DNA of 64,000 nucleotides from Eledone cirrhosa (taxonomy: Eukaryota): positions 82,336,001 through 82,400,000 of the forward strand of contig OZ024743.1 in NCBI GenBank assembly GCA_964016885.1, read 5' to 3'. The stretch's first letter is position 1; each line of letters starts with the position of its first letter. Below, in pieces: positions 45,326-62,487 of the stretch. The notes beneath the pieces were generated by a model, which saw only the letters and a list, made by a program, of their open reading frames with translations, had not been told where the DNA came from and searched no databases. The position numbers were made by a program, and so were the translations under genes.

Positions 45326-45850
45326 CATAGACATTGTGTTTCATTAGAAATATGGTCGGGAAAGGGTTAAAGACATAGACAGTGTCTTTCATTAGAAATA
45401 TGCTCGGGAAAGGGTTAATGACATAGACAGTGTGTTTCATTAGAAATATGGTCGGGAAAGGGTTAAAGACATAGGTAGTGTCTTTCATTAGAAATATGGT
45501 CGGGAAAGGGTTAAAGACATAGACAGTGTCTTTCATTAGAAATATGATTGAGAAAGGGTTAAAGACATAGACAGTGTCTTTCATTAGAAATATGCTCGGG
45601 AAAGGGTTAAAGACATAGACAGTGTCTTTCATTAGAAATATGCTCGGGAAAGGGTTAAAGACATAGACAGTGTCTTTCATTAGAAATATGCTCGGGAAAG
45701 GGTTAAAGACATAGACAGTGTCTTTCATTAGAAATATGCTCGGGAAAGGGTTAATGGCATAGACTATATCTTTCATTAGAAATATGGTCGGGAAAGGATT
45801 AAAAGCATAGACAGTGTCCTTCATTAGAAATATGGTAAGGAAAGGGTTAA
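45326..45850. repeat. 48-bp minisatellite ending gaaagggttaa, ~11 copies
   Basis: Direct reading; 16-aa periodic ORF. Confidence 0.95.
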
Positions 45851-46058
45851 TGTTTTCATGTATATTTTAATACAAATATAAGTTATTCTATACAATGCGT
45901 GTGTGTAGAGGGGGGTATCATATTGTGCTCTAAATAGTCAAAATGAGTCCACAATAGTGACCGAAATTCGATTAATTACAGTCGTGATTTCTGATTTTAC
46001 AGAGAAATATCTCGATTTGACATATCTGTGTATAGTGTATAGTGTATAGTATATATAG

Positions 46059-46161
46059 TTGTTTCTACTTTAGGCACAAGGCCAGCAATTACCCAGTGAA
46101 TTACTGGTACTTTATTTTATCGACCCCGTAAGGATGAAAGGCAAAGTTAACCTCGGCGGGA
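46059..46161 (-). mobile_element. SINE family 1, 3' half
   Basis: Matches family 1. Confidence 0.85.
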
Positions 46162-46547
46162 TAGTGATATATGTATATAGGTAGTGTCGTTTAATCCGTC
46201 TACAGAATATATAGAGACAGATATTTGCATGTTCTCCTCTGTCCCCAGGAGATATTTTCTAGAATTGTTCCACTATTGCTTATAGTTATATGCATTGTGG
46301 CAAACATGGTTTATATATATATATACGAAATATCCGTTAAGTCCAAAGATTTTCTATATATTTCAATCCTACCTATATTTGGGGTACCACAAGCCGGACA
46401 TCTCCTTTGAAGGAGATGAAAATATCTTGTTCGATTCACCTGTTAACATTCTTCGTCGGCTTATATAAATATATATATATATATTTTTATTTTTCTGTAT
46501 ATTTATATATTGGCATATACACACACACGCATATATGTGCGAGTCTT

Positions 46548-46578
<31 letters not shown>

Positions 46579-46609
46579 ATAATTATATATATATATTTAT
46601 ATATATATA

Positions 46610-46698
<89 letters not shown>

Positions 46699-46701
46699 AT
46701 T

Positions 46702-46777
<76 letters not shown>

Positions 46778-46954
46778 TTTTGATTTTTGATTGTACCTCT
46801 TAATATAAATGTAATCTCGAAGTGTGTACTGCCACTCTAAATTCTGTAATGAATGTTGACCCACAATGTTTGAATATGTATCAATGTTTGAATATGTATC
46901 GGTATGTCTCTCGGCTGAAAACGAGGTCATATAACTGTCCATGCATTAATAAAT

Positions 46955-47001
46955 TGCTCCGAAGAATCCAAACCTCGGTTTGGAGGAAACAGCTGTAAGC
47001 A
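46955..47001 (+). ncRNA. Hammerhead motif with CCGAAGA core variant
   Basis: tgct-CCGAAGA-a tccaaacc tc ggtttgga g-GAAA-CAGCTG-TA-agca. Confidence 0.65.
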
Positions 47002-47048
47002 CAATAATGTTTTGAACAGTTCTTTGATTCTTATATTTCATATATTTC

Positions 47049-47099
<51 letters not shown>

Positions 47100-47129
47100 A
47101 ATATATATATATATATATTTATATATATT

Positions 47130-47167
<38 letters not shown>

Positions 47168-47329
47168 TATATATATATATATTTATATATATATATTTAT
47201 ATATATATATATATATTTATATGTATATATATATATATTTATATGTATATATTTATATGTATATATTTATATATATATATTTATATATATATATGTTTAT
47301 ATATATATATATTTATATATATATATGTT

Positions 47330-47403
<74 letters not shown>

Positions 47404-47449
47404 TATATATATATATATTTATATATATATATTTATATATATATATATT

Positions 47450-47485
<36 letters not shown>

Positions 47486-47645
47486 TATATATATATGTAT
47501 TTATATATATATGTATTTATATATATATATATTTATATATATATATATTTATATATACATATATATATATATATTTATATATACATATATATATATATAT
47601 TATGGAATACTGTTGGCTTCTTGCTACAATATTTCTATACTTTTC

Positions 47646-47731
<86 letters not shown>

Positions 47732-48094
47732 ATATATAGTCCCTACAAGGCGCCCACTGCACTGGAGCTGTGAATACACATACACGTTCACATACATACA
47801 CGTACACATACACACACACGTACACATACACATACACGTACACATACACACATTAACAGCTCACGATTTAACCGAAGCTGCAAGAAATTATATGTAAACA
47901 TTGTCATGTGTATGTAAATATGTCATATTCACATATTCATATATTCCTAAGCACATTGGAAACAATGATGTGTGTGTGTGAGTGTGTGTGCGTGTGTATA
48001 CACACACACACATTTACATATATATATATATATATATGTTGATTTAAAACTGCACTATTCACAAGTGTATTTTAACCTTCATATCATGTCTCCC

Positions 48095-48165
48095 TATTTT
48101 ATCTGACGAAAACGCAAATGTTATTGCATGATGATATTTGTTTTTGAAATGCGCATAATAAAATA
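48095..48165 (+). ncRNA. Type I hammerhead
   Basis: tattttat-CTGACGA-aaacgcaaatgtt...gatatttgttttt-GAAA-TGCGCA-TA-ataaaata; perfect 8-bp stem I. Confidence 0.8.
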
Positions 48166-48195
48166 CATGGAACTCATTTAACCATCTTTTTATCT

Positions 48196-48335
<140 letters not shown>

Positions 48336-48416
48336 GAATATGTGTGTGTATGTATGTATATATATATATATATGTATATATGAATATGTGTGTGTATGTA
48401 TGTATATATATATATA

Positions 48417-48447
<31 letters not shown>

Positions 48448-48474
48448 ATATGTATGTATATATATATACATATA

Positions 48475-48505
<31 letters not shown>

Positions 48506-48710
48506 TGTAAGTGTGAACCAGTCCAAAAACATTCAAAACAAACACGATGAACAAACTGCGGTCGATGTCATTTAACACACACACACATGTACGTATGTAT
48601 GTATAAATGTATGTATAAATGTATGTATAATTGTAATATATAAATGTATGTATGTATAGTATCCAAAGGTGTGGAGAGTTATAACACCTGTCTATCTATA
48701 GAAAAATATT

Positions 48711-48778
<68 letters not shown>

Positions 48779-48779
48779 G

Positions 48780-48945
48780 ATCCCGAGTTAAATCGGGGCT
48801 AACCACAGTTAAAAAGGTAGTCAATGCATTAGTAGAGTGTAAACATCATATTTAATGTAGAAATGGCTTCTACAGGATTAGATCTGTTTCATTCAACTGA
48901 AACAGTTATAATCCTGTAAAAGTCATTACTCTCTCTCTCTATCTC

Positions 48946-49028
<83 letters not shown>

Positions 49029-49225
49029 AAAAAAGTATGACCCCGACGGCAGAGCTCAAACCGTTTCGACGGCTATTTCAGTCCAGAAATAGCCGTCGAA
49101 ACGGCTTGAGCTCTGCCGTCGGGGTCATACTTTTTCCCATTTCCCACTCCACTACCGTACTAGTACTATTGAGTACTCTGGTGCGTTATGGTCCATTTGG
49201 TTCCTTACCACAATTCCTTTGTTAT
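48780..49225. mobile_element. Family A (48780-48925) and family B fold-back (49028-49225)
   Basis: Matches to other copies. Confidence 0.75.
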
Positions 49226-49249
49226 ATATATATATATACATATACAAAC

Positions 49250-49291
<42 letters not shown>

Positions 49292-49837
49292 CGGGGCATG
49301 TGATATGAATGAGGAGTTGAACCGGACGAGCTATGTTCATCGTCTTCATGTGAACTATATAATTCTGCCAGTATTTCTCGCCCTCAATATTACATACAAT
49401 AGACTATATGCCAGCTATTCCACTAACTCGATATGTATTGAATATTTCTGCATATACCACCTGTGTATGTATCCCTGTATTATATAGAATGTTATGCATG
49501 ACATATATTAGACTTTTTAACTTATATCATATTTTCTGCATATATCCCCTCTCTCATCATCATCATCATCATCATACGTCTATCTTCCACGCTAGCATGG
49601 GTTTAGACGGGGTGTGTGTGTATTTAGATATATGTGCATTCATATGTATGTGTGTGTGTCAGTGTGCTTATGTTTAGATTATTATACAGGTAAAAGCGTA
49701 TAATAATGTAGGTGTGTATACACACACTCACACACACACTCACACACACACATGTTTATTATATGGCATGCATAACTATGTATATATATACATATATATA
49801 TGTCTATTATATGGCATGCGTAACTATATATATATAT

Positions 49838-50130
49838 AGACCCCCTTCGGTGACGAATGACCATAGGATTTGCACCTAAAAAGTTTTCCTCCGAGGCACA
49901 AGTCCAGGCAAGTTTGTTTGTGGAAGACCAATAGTCGCCCATGGATACCAGTCCCCCCCCCCCTCTCCATACCACCGATGTTGGCCAAGGGAAAGGCAAT
50001 GGCCGATACAGCTTGGCACCAGTGACATCGCAACTCATTTCTACAGCTGAGTAAACTGGAGCAACGTGAAATAAAGTGTCTTGCTCAAGGAAACAACACA
50101 TCACCCGGTCCGAGAATTGAACTCACAACC
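49838..50130 (-). mobile_element. CORE-type SINE family 3 (same core as family 2, different tail)
   Basis: gcaacgtgaaataaagtgtcttgctcaagga core; gaattgaactcacaacc (B box, reverse complement). Confidence 0.8.
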
Positions 50131-50163
<33 letters not shown>

Positions 50164-50201
50164 AATTAAAAAATATAATTTAAATATTTACCTATTCTTT
50201 T

Positions 50202-50285
50202 GGCCTTTACCGATCGGTTTCGCTTTGTAAAACACCAGAAATCCAATGGATTTCTAATGGAAAATCAAAGCTCATCAGAGAAGCA
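50202..50285 (-). ncRNA. Type I hammerhead with long stem II
   Basis: CTGATGA-GCTTTG...agaaatcc att ggatttct...CAAAGC-GAAA-CCGATCGG-TA; canonical G10.1-C11.1; stem I imperfect. Confidence 0.8.
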
Positions 50286-50635
50286 TTTTCCTTTCCTAGG
50301 GCTAAAGACCCAGGAACGATAAAATATATTGTTATCTGCCAGCTAGCACATATATATTGTTATGAATGTCATATGATAGATATTTTAACAACTTACCTTA
50401 ACATAAAACTCCTATGTGCTGCAAGTGACCAGCTCACCCTATATACGTATTAACAGCAGCTACCCAATCTTATATAACAATAACCACTTTCATCTATTGA
50501 ATATCCTCCATATCGCACATATTTTATACACGAGTGTGGATATACACACACACTCACATACATACATATACACACTAACATATACCAATATACCACGACT
50601 CACCACCACATTTCCCCCATTATTACTATATACCA

Positions 50636-51391
50636 CAAACCCGTAGCCAGGTTTTCTGCCATTCGAATATATGTTAAAACATGGGGATGCCAAAACAAAA
50701 TAGAGAAACATTGTTTAGTAAAATATATATATTATTCCAAAGACACATTATACAATGAAATGTCAAAAACATAGTTTTCGTGGTTTCTTTAACCACTCTT
50801 TTGCAAAGTCTTCAAATTTAATTTTTTCACATTCATCTTTTTCGAAAAAGATGAATGTGAAATTGCATTCTGTGTAAGGTGACTTCTTCTTTGTGGTGAG
50901 TCTATGTGAGCCATAACAGAAAACAGGCAACTCTTGACCAACTATAGCCACATGTTAATACAATTCTGTATAGCATTATTATTGCAGAGGCGGGCAGTAT
51001 CGGTGGAGGGTCGGACGCCATGCTTTCCAGTATAGTTACGTCCCTTTACGATCTGAGTTCAAATCCCGCCGAGGTTGACTTTGCCTTTCATCCTTACGGG
51101 GTCGATAAAATAAAGTACCAGTAATGCACTGGGTAAGTGCTGGCCTTGTGCCTAAAGTAGAAACAATTATTATTGCAGAGGCCGTTGATTGATATTTTGT
51201 ATGTAATAATTTATATCTTGAATATCTATTGTTTCAGTATTACATCGTTTACCAAATTAGTTTTTTACAAGACTTTACCTGTTGTGTTAATTTTTTAAAA
51301 TAAAATCTTGCTTGATGGGGATGCCAAAACTAAATTTGCTTTTGATAGGGGATGCCGGCGATCCCCTGGCATTCCCTTGGCTACGGGCCTG
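50636..51391. mobile_element. Non-autonomous hAT DNA transposon
   Basis: TIRs caaacccgtagccagg / ccttggctacgggcctg; 8-bp TSD ATATACCA (50628-50635, 51392-51399); minus-strand remnant EKIKFEDFAKEWLKKPRKLCF* resembles a hAT C-terminus. Confidence 0.75.
50992..51165 (+). mobile_element. SINE family 1 nested in the hAT element, with TSD
   Basis: 17-bp direct repeat attattattgcagaggc at 50975-50991 and 51166-51182. Confidence 0.9.
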
Positions 51392-51521
51392 ATATACCAA
51401 TATACCACGACTCACCACCACATTTCCTCCATTATTCCCTTCTCCCTTCTCAGTTTTTTATTTCGTTTTTACCATTGCGTACTTCTCTCCCATCTTTTTA
51501 TTTCTTCTTTAATTTCCCATT

Positions 51522-52045
<524 letters not shown>

Positions 52046-52375
52046 AATACAAGATGAGATAGTGAGAAGAGGAAGGAGAGAGAAGTAGAAATCCAGCCTT
52101 CTGAGTTGTTTTCCTGCAAGAATGTGTCTTTTATAATGTATTTACCAATGTATATTGGTATGAAAAGAGAAAGCTGCATTTTTGACATGCAAATACTAAC
52201 GTGCACAGGTATATTTGCTGTTGGTGTGCAATTCATTAACTACAGCGACGTTTATTCCCAACAAAATGGCCTCCATCTCACTCCACCCAACGTCAGCAAA
52301 TATTGAATATGAACTCGTCATAAGCAGAGGAATTGTTAAAACAACACTGCACTTTTAGTGGGATTTGAACTCATA

Positions 52376-52572
52376 TTCATTCTCGGGTAGTCCATTGCCT
52401 CTATTGAAGGGGTGTGTGGTGTTGATTCATTCTCGGGTAGTCCATTGCCTCTATACAAGGGGTGTGTGGTGTTGATTCATTCTCGGGTAGTCCATTGCTT
52501 CTATACAAGGGGTGGGAGGTGTTGATCCACTCTCGAATAGTCCATTACCTCTATACAAGGGGTGTGTGGTGT
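52376..52572. repeat. 50-bp tandem repeat, 4 copies
   Basis: ttcattctcgggtagtccattgcctctatacaaggggtgtgtggtgttga. Confidence 0.9.
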
Positions 52573-52719
52573 AGCAAATCTCTTAGAATTAATTAAAAGG
52601 CAAACTTCTTCAATGAGGAGAAAGGAATTTGCAAAAAAATGAAAGATTTTTGCATTTTATTTACTTTAACATAGTACAAAACATATACGTTTTGTACTAA
52701 CATAAGGCCAAGGGAACAC

Positions 52720-52768
<49 letters not shown>

Positions 52769-52889
52769 CAACAACAATTTTTAGATTTTCTATATATTGA
52801 ATATGTTTCTACATTACTCATATAGTTTCTCACAAATGCTGAAGATTAATACATCCTATATATGTGTGTGTGTATATATATATATATAT

Positions 52890-52920
<31 letters not shown>

Positions 52921-53176
52921 ATATATATATATGTGTGAGTGTGTGTATATATATGTGTGTGTGTGTGTATCTATTTTGTTGAATCGCCAGTCTGAAGAGC
53001 GGGTCGATAAAGAAGTCGAGTCCAGAACGTCTATGGGTGACCCCGAGCCAATTCTCTGTGAAACGTGCATAACAAGTCGATTCACAATAAAAAACAACTA
53101 AATATATGTAAACGAAACTCCATCGTTTTTCTCCAGAGTAACAAGACTCACCATTCAGCCCTAATAAAATGAATAT

Positions 53177-53210
<34 letters not shown>

Positions 53211-53269
53211 ATATATATATATATAATATATATATATATAATATATATATATATAATATATATATATAT

Positions 53270-53315
<46 letters not shown>

Positions 53316-53324
53316 CATATATAC

Positions 53325-53416
<92 letters not shown>

Positions 53417-53696
53417 TTTATATGACCCTAACAGCTAAATAGAAATAAACTAAAAGAACAAGCTTCAACAATCCAAGATAAACTACAAGACATACAAAAT
53501 ACTGGTTATTACTCACTGAGAAGAAAAGATTTTATATGGAAAAAGTATAAAAGTATAAAAAGTATAAAGTATAAAAGTATAAAAACAAATAACGTTCACT
53601 AGAACCAATATACTTAATATCCAATCTACAATCGAGTATACACACAAACACACAAACACACAAACAAAAACACAAACGCACACACACACACACACA

Positions 53697-53734
<38 letters not shown>

Positions 53735-53789
53735 CTGGTTTCCTTCATAACCAGCGTGTAATATTAATAATAAGTAGGAAATAGGTGTC

Positions 53790-54062
<273 letters not shown>

Positions 54063-54589
54063 TATATATATTGTTTCAGGCATTAGATTGCGGCCATGCT
54101 AAGGCACCACGTTTAGTCAGATATATCAACACCCTTATACACACACACACACACACATGTGATGTTTTGTAGTCGTGGCACTAGAGGGCTGTTGAAAACA
54201 ATAGGAGGTAAACAACAACAACAAGAACTAAAACAATGCAGGAACTGGAAGGAAAGGAAGTGACTGGGTGGATATTGGCAGACTGTTTTGAAACTAGGTT
54301 TAGTAGCTATCGGTTTAGGTAGATAGATGTACACAGATCGATATATAGATAGATAGATTGACGGGTCGATAGATTATATATATATATATATGAGAGAGGT
54401 AGAGGTGGAGGTGGGGGTTATTACAACACTCCTCGCTTCTATTCAATATCTCTCAATATCTCACCTATATATTCAAACAAGTTCTTCATTACTATATACA
54501 ATATATACTGTAGCTTATTACACCTACCCTTTCAGTTGGTATATATATATGGTGGCTGCCAACTCGTTTTCGAGTACGGCCACTACTTT

Positions 54590-55335
<746 letters not shown>

Positions 55336-55779
55336 TATGCATATATATACAAAATGCTTCGAAATATCTCACCTATATTTCTACACAATAGCTCACTGTT
55401 TTTTTACGGAAGTATATATATACACACACACTATGTAAGTTATTGCATACGATCGTGTATACTATACCCAATATATAGAATTTATTGTTACAACGACAAT
55501 GATTTAAAATATATATCAGTATATATATAAACAAATATTCAATAGTCATCGATATCTCACCTATGTTTTCTACTCACAATATGAGGCTGTATATTATATA
55601 CACTGTATAATAGATTGTTACACTAACAATCCTTTAAGTTTTCATCTATAGAATACTATCCAGTATCTTACCTATATATCTAGTGTGTGTGTGTATGTAT
55701 ATATATATACAAGTCACTGGTAGATTCGTTTCCTTCTTTGAGAGGTTTAGATTATCAACCATCTCTAAGGTCTCACATA

Positions 55780-56580
55780 TTATACCATTAATGTATGATA
55801 TATTATATATTACATCTCTAACGTCTGATATATTATACCACTAATGTCTGATATATTACACCACTAATGTCTGATATATTACACCACTAATGTCTGATAT
55901 ATTACACCACTAATGTCTGATATATTATACCACTAATGTCTGATATATTACATCTCTAATGTCTGATATATCACATATTCCACCACTAATGTCTGATATA
56001 TCACATATTACATCTCTAATGTCTGATATCTCACATATTACATCTCTAATGTCTGATATATAACATATTACACCACTAATGTCTGATATATTACACCACT
56101 AATGTCTGATATATAACATATTCCACCACTAATGTCTGATATATCACATATTACATCTCTAATGTCTGATATATCACATATTACACCACTAATGTCTGAT
56201 ATATCACATATCACATCTCTAATGTCTGATATATCACATATTACACCACTAATGTCTGATATATCACATATCACATCTCTAATATCTGATATATTACATA
56301 TTACACCACTAATGTCTGATATATCACATATCACATCTCTAATATCTGATATATCACATATTACACCACTAATGTCTGATATATCACATATCACATCTCT
56401 AATATCTGATATATCAGATATTACACCACTAATGTCTGATATATCACATCTTACACCACTAATATCTGATATATCACATATCACATCTCTAATATCTGAT
56501 TTATCACATATCACATCTCTAATGTCTGATATATCACATCTTACATCACATCTTTGACTGATATATCACACATTACGTAA
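55780..56580. repeat. Minisatellite: 23-bp units changing to 30-bp units with a 60-bp higher-order period
   Basis: aatgtctgatatatcacatattacaccact alternating with ...catctct. Confidence 0.95.
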
Positions 56581-56884
56581 CATATTATATATCGTGTACT
56601 CTTCTCATCCCAAGGAACATTCAAACTGAGAGACATACATACATATATACATACATATATACATACATACATATATACATACATACATACATACATTCAT
56701 ACGTAGATATTCGCTCACTCACACACTTACACACATGGACATACACGCTCACATAGACACACATAGACAAACATACACGTACACACACACAAAACTAGAC
56801 ACAGATAGACATGTATTTGGGTGTGTGATCAAATCTACGTGTAGCAAGGTAGATTGTAGCACAGATGAGTGTGTGATGTTGTAG

Positions 56885-56921
<37 letters not shown>

Positions 56922-56939
56922 CATACATACATACATACA

Positions 56940-56973
<34 letters not shown>

Positions 56974-57274
56974 CATACATACACATATATATATATATAT
57001 ATATATATCTCAGTGTGTGTATGGGGCAACAGGGTATCAATGTTGAGGTGTAGAGCGTATGTAAATATATATATATATATATATATATACCCACATATAC
57101 ATGTGTAGAAATGTTAATGGAATCTGCAGATATGGAGATACTGTTCCAGGAATGGACCAGTTGAAAGGAATGTAATTACCAGTGTGTGTATGCTTGTACA
57201 ATATACAATGTATGCACGTGTGTGTATATATATATGTATATACATGCATACATACATACATACACGTGTGTATA

Positions 57275-57354
<80 letters not shown>

Positions 57355-57377
57355 TAGATACATACATACACATGTGG

Positions 57378-57415
<38 letters not shown>

Positions 57416-57721
57416 GTGTGTGTATGTATGTATATATATATATATACATATACGCGCTCGTATGTATATAATTACGTTGTTTTGATAAACCTGGTAAATT
57501 TCTAACAGCTAAAGGTTTCGTGCGGTGGACGCCAGTCGACGGAACACAGCTGTGTTTCATATACTAATATTGCATGGATTAGACAGGTTACCACCTTGAG
57601 ACAAGTCTGGTCAGAAGACCAAGTCTTGCTCTTATGGACCTATATTACGGTTTGGTTTCTGCGACTGGATATCCATCCTAACACCAAAATATCTACCTAA
57701 CAATATATCTAACTCTCTCTC

Positions 57722-57815
<94 letters not shown>

Positions 57816-58189
57816 GTAAACAGAAATAACAAGACAATCGGTACAGTATATATTAGGTTAACGCTTGATATAGCAGGAAGAGGGTCTTAACTTTTCGGAC
57901 GCTAGTCCTTCATCTGAAGAAAGAATGAGAAATAAGATAGATTGAGGGGACGGGCGGGATGGAATTGGAAAAAATGTCTTTAGATAAAAATAACAGGTCC
58001 ATTCATGTTCACATCTCTTGCAAAACTGTTTGTGCTGGTGTTTTGTGTATGATTTATTAAATATATATATATATATTTATTTTTCACCGAAAGTAGTTTT
58101 TGAATGCATCTTCTCTTTTCATGATATCCGGATTACATTGAGTTCTTCATACGGATTGGACACTACCGTAAACTTTTGGTAGATTTATC

Positions 58190-58365
<176 letters not shown>

Positions 58366-58384
58366 TATATATAAATATATATAA

Positions 58385-58417
<33 letters not shown>

Positions 58418-58633
58418 TATCATTTAAAACGTCACATTCCAGAAGAGTGGGAATAACTACCACAACATTTATCAAATGGAATAATTCGACCGTTGAATAA
58501 AACACTCTTGTAAGTGGCTTCAGATTCTTGTTACATAACCGAATTAATTGATTACACTAACGAAAACTGAATAATTCTATAATTCTCTGTATATATGTGT
58601 GTGTGTGTATACACACACACACGCACACGCACG

Positions 58634-58722
<89 letters not shown>

Positions 58723-59179
58723 GTGTATATATATATATGTATACACACATCGATTACATATAGATAGACATATGTGATGTGATAATTGCGTAACTCCTCG
58801 AGAGAAAGAGTCCATAACATATAATCGAAGTTTTGATTAAGATAACCTTTAATGTAGACATAACATTTGCTGATGTCGAGGTGTTCACTGAGAAGAACTG
58901 TAAACACTTTCACAGAATAAAAAACACGAGTACCTTTCACTATTTCAGAATTTAACTCCTATATATGGGTGACTGGCACATGTATTTTATTTTATTTTTT
59001 TCCCGTTCCATCCTCTTCTCACCCTCTATCTTTTATTTCCCACTCTATCTTCTGACGAATGACTAGTGTCCGAAACGTCAGTAACTTTTTCCTAGAGCAT
59101 CAATCATTAAACTAATATATTTCTTTGTGGTTTGCGTTGTTAAAAACGCATATAAAAACATATACATTTACACACACAC

Positions 59180-59215
<36 letters not shown>

Positions 59216-59505
59216 TATATTCCCCGCTCGGACACCCCGTCTCCCTCTCCCCACTCCACCCGCCACCACCCCTACTCACCCCACACCCTTCCACCACCTG
59301 TTTACCCCCCTTTTAATTTCAGTTTATTTTGATCATGCCTTTATTTTTAAATTTTCTCATTCCTTGTATTTTGATCATGCTTTATTTTTATTTATTATAT
59401 TTTTTGTCTTTATTTGTTAATTTTTCATTCGCACCGTTTCCTTTCGCTATATGTCTCTCCACCACTCCCCTACACACCTTTTGAACTCTGTTCCCACACA
59501 CTTCT

Positions 59506-59538
59506 CACCTGAAGAAGGGCTTATGCCCGAAACGTCGT
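59506..59538 (+). ncRNA. Minimal hammerhead
   Basis: CTGAAGA-a GGGC ttat GCCC-GAAA-CG-TC; aataaa at ~59575; stem I only 2 bp. Confidence 0.6.
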
Positions 59539-59624
59539 CCCCCACCTACCCCCCACTCTCCTGAGCGTGAATTTAATAAACATTTATTGTACTGCCTCTC
59601 TGTTCTGTCCCTGATCAATTTTTC

Positions 59625-59662
<38 letters not shown>

Positions 59663-59704
59663 TATATATATATAAATATATACACGCATTTACATTCACA
59701 CACG

Positions 59705-59764
<60 letters not shown>

Positions 59765-59803
59765 TTTCCATTCAAACACATACACTTTATATATATGTAT
59801 ATA

Positions 59804-59893
<90 letters not shown>

Positions 59894-60121
59894 CTATAAA
59901 CACAGTTATATATGGCGGCAAGATAGATGAACAAAAATACATCGATATTATAAAGTGAGAAAAATAGATATGTTGATACTAACATTACTTCAATATGAAC
60001 TGTTGTAAACTGTAATATTTAAACTTGATGTTTGATGAAATAGAAGTCAGCTGGAATGAAACAACGAATATTTTACTATATATATATATAATATATATAT
60101 TATATATATATATATATATAT

Positions 60122-60418
60122 GCAGAGGTTATATTTAATTTGTTGGGATTCAACAAGCTTAAACATTTTTATAACTGATATAAAGCACTCAATAGATTAG
60201 TGGAGTAAATACACAATATATTATTAATATCACTATCCATCCAGGAAGCTCCAACCGTTAAGGTTGTCTTTTTTCCGGGTATGTCAATATTTATTTATAA
60301 AACAAATCTGTATTTTATCTGATGAAAGCGCACCATAATTTGCCTTGGTTGCCCTTGAAAAATATATAATAAAATAAATATGGTTTTATAAATATAGTTT
60401 CCATTTATTAATATATTG

Positions 60419-60420
<2 letters not shown>
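60122..60420. mobile_element. Family D inverted composite with hammerhead (~60311-60375 +)
   Basis: Minus 3' end followed by a plus copy. Confidence 0.75.
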
Positions 60421-60450
<30 letters not shown>

Positions 60451-60671
60451 GTGCATGTGGTGCATGTGGTGTATGTGTGGTGTGTGTGGTGTGTGGTGCA
60501 TGTGGTGTGGTGTGTGTGTGTGTGTGTGTGTGTGTGTTAAATTCTGACTGCATTGCAGTAATATTGTGTTGTTATATAAACAGCAAATTGTTTCATAAAA
60601 TATTAAGCAAAACAATACAAATAAATGTATCTTCACTAGCAGAGAAAATGAACTTTTTTAAACGATCACTG

Positions 60672-60742
<71 letters not shown>

Positions 60743-60879
60743 CAGACACACCCACCCAGATATCCATATAATATATGTGTATATATATATATATATATAC
60801 ATTAATAAGTTATTGTCATAGATATTGATTTTAATGTGATATCCTCAACGCATTTTCGAGTTTTCGTATAAAATATGAC

Positions 60880-61660
60880 ATCACATACACACACACACAC
60901 CACACGCATACACACACCACACACACACACCACACCACACCACACTCCACACACACCACACACCACACACACCACACCACACTCCACACACACCACATGC
61001 ACCACACACATACACACACACACACCACACCACACTCCACACACACCACATGCACCACACACACACCACACCACACTCCACACACACCACATGCACCACA
61101 CACACACACCACACGCATACACACACCACATACACACACACACCACACCACACACACCACACCACACTCCACACACACCACATGCACCACACACATACAC
61201 ACACACACACCACACGCATACACACACCACACACACACCACACTCCACACACACCACACCACACCACACACACCACACTCCACACACACCACATGCACCA
61301 CACACACACACACCACACCACACACCACACACACCACACACACACCACATGCACCACACACACACCACACGCATACACACACTCCACACACACCACACCA
61401 CACCACACACCGCATGCACCACACACACACCACACACACCACATGCACCACACACCACATGCACCACACACCACATGCACCACACACACACCACATACAC
61501 CACATGCACCACACACACACCACATGCACCACACACACACCACACACACCACATGCACCACACACCACATGCACCACACACACACCACATGCACCACACA
61601 CCACACCACACACCACATGCACCACACACCACACCACACACCACACACCACACACACATA
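60880..61660. repeat. Complex CA/CAC satellite
   Basis: Direct reading. Confidence 0.9.
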
Positions 61661-62053
61661 TATATATTCTATATTGTACATACAAGCCTAGAGCCGGGAA
61701 ATGTGGTCAGCCTCACCCGAAGAACGAGAGACGCTGACCACTTTTTCCTGTCTCTCGGACTTCTATACAAGACTAAAACTGTTTCATTCGATTGAAATCA
61801 TATGATGATGTCAAAGGAATGGAACAGTTCTAATCCCGTAGAAGTAATTTCTATATGAAATAAATGTCTATCTTCTCTAGTAATTAGTAATGTATTGAGT
61901 TCCTCATCGGAAAACTACTTTGAATCCTATATATGTGTGTGTGTGTGTGTGTGTGGTTACATAAATACACACTCACATCACTCACACTAACACACATACA
62001 TACACATAAATATATGAATGTGCTTCACTCAGTGTTTGTGTGCCTCTATGTAG

Positions 62054-62147
<94 letters not shown>

Positions 62148-62151
<4 letters not shown>

Positions 62152-62487
62152 GTTTCCAAGGCCAGCAATAACCCAGTACATTACTGGTACTTTATGTTAT
62201 CGACCCCGTAAGGATGAAAGGCAAAGTTAATCTCGACAGGATTTAGACTCAGACCGTAAAGGGACGTAACTATGCTGGAAAGTATGGTGTCCGACCATCT
62301 ACCGATACTACCTTATATATATAATTCTTTCTACTTTTTGGCACAAGGCCAGCATTACCCAGTGTATTACTGGTACTTTATTTTATCGACCCCTCGGCGG
62401 GATTCGAACTCAGAATGGCAAGGGCCGTAACTCTATGCGTCAAAGCATAGCGTCCGACCCTCTCCCAATACTGCCAATCCACCGCCT
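62148..62487 (-). mobile_element. Two adjacent SINE family 1 copies
   Basis: 62148-62312 and 62322-62487 match family 1. Confidence 0.9.

Larger units (their letters stand above)
44178..45850. mobile_element. piggyBac-type (TTAA) MITE complex with internal tandem amplifications
   Basis: Left ttaacacttttgatacc, right ggtaaggaaagggttaa. Confidence 0.5.

Noticed and set aside
46520-47740. TA tracts regularly interrupted by TTTA (and by AAAT at 37790-38160)
   Set aside because: Strand-biased pattern could be a sequencing or consensus artefact; not interpretable without reads
50397-50438. Perfect minus-strand donor AG|GTAAGT with short frame VSWSLAAHRSFMLR
   Set aside because: Very short, weak acceptor, and phase does not link to the other candidate exons
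52199-52346. Minus-strand open frame VVLTIPLLMTSSYSIFADVGWSEMEAILLGINV... with AG/GT ends
   Set aside because: Directly follows a SINE-like B box and is unrecognised; too weak without RNA data
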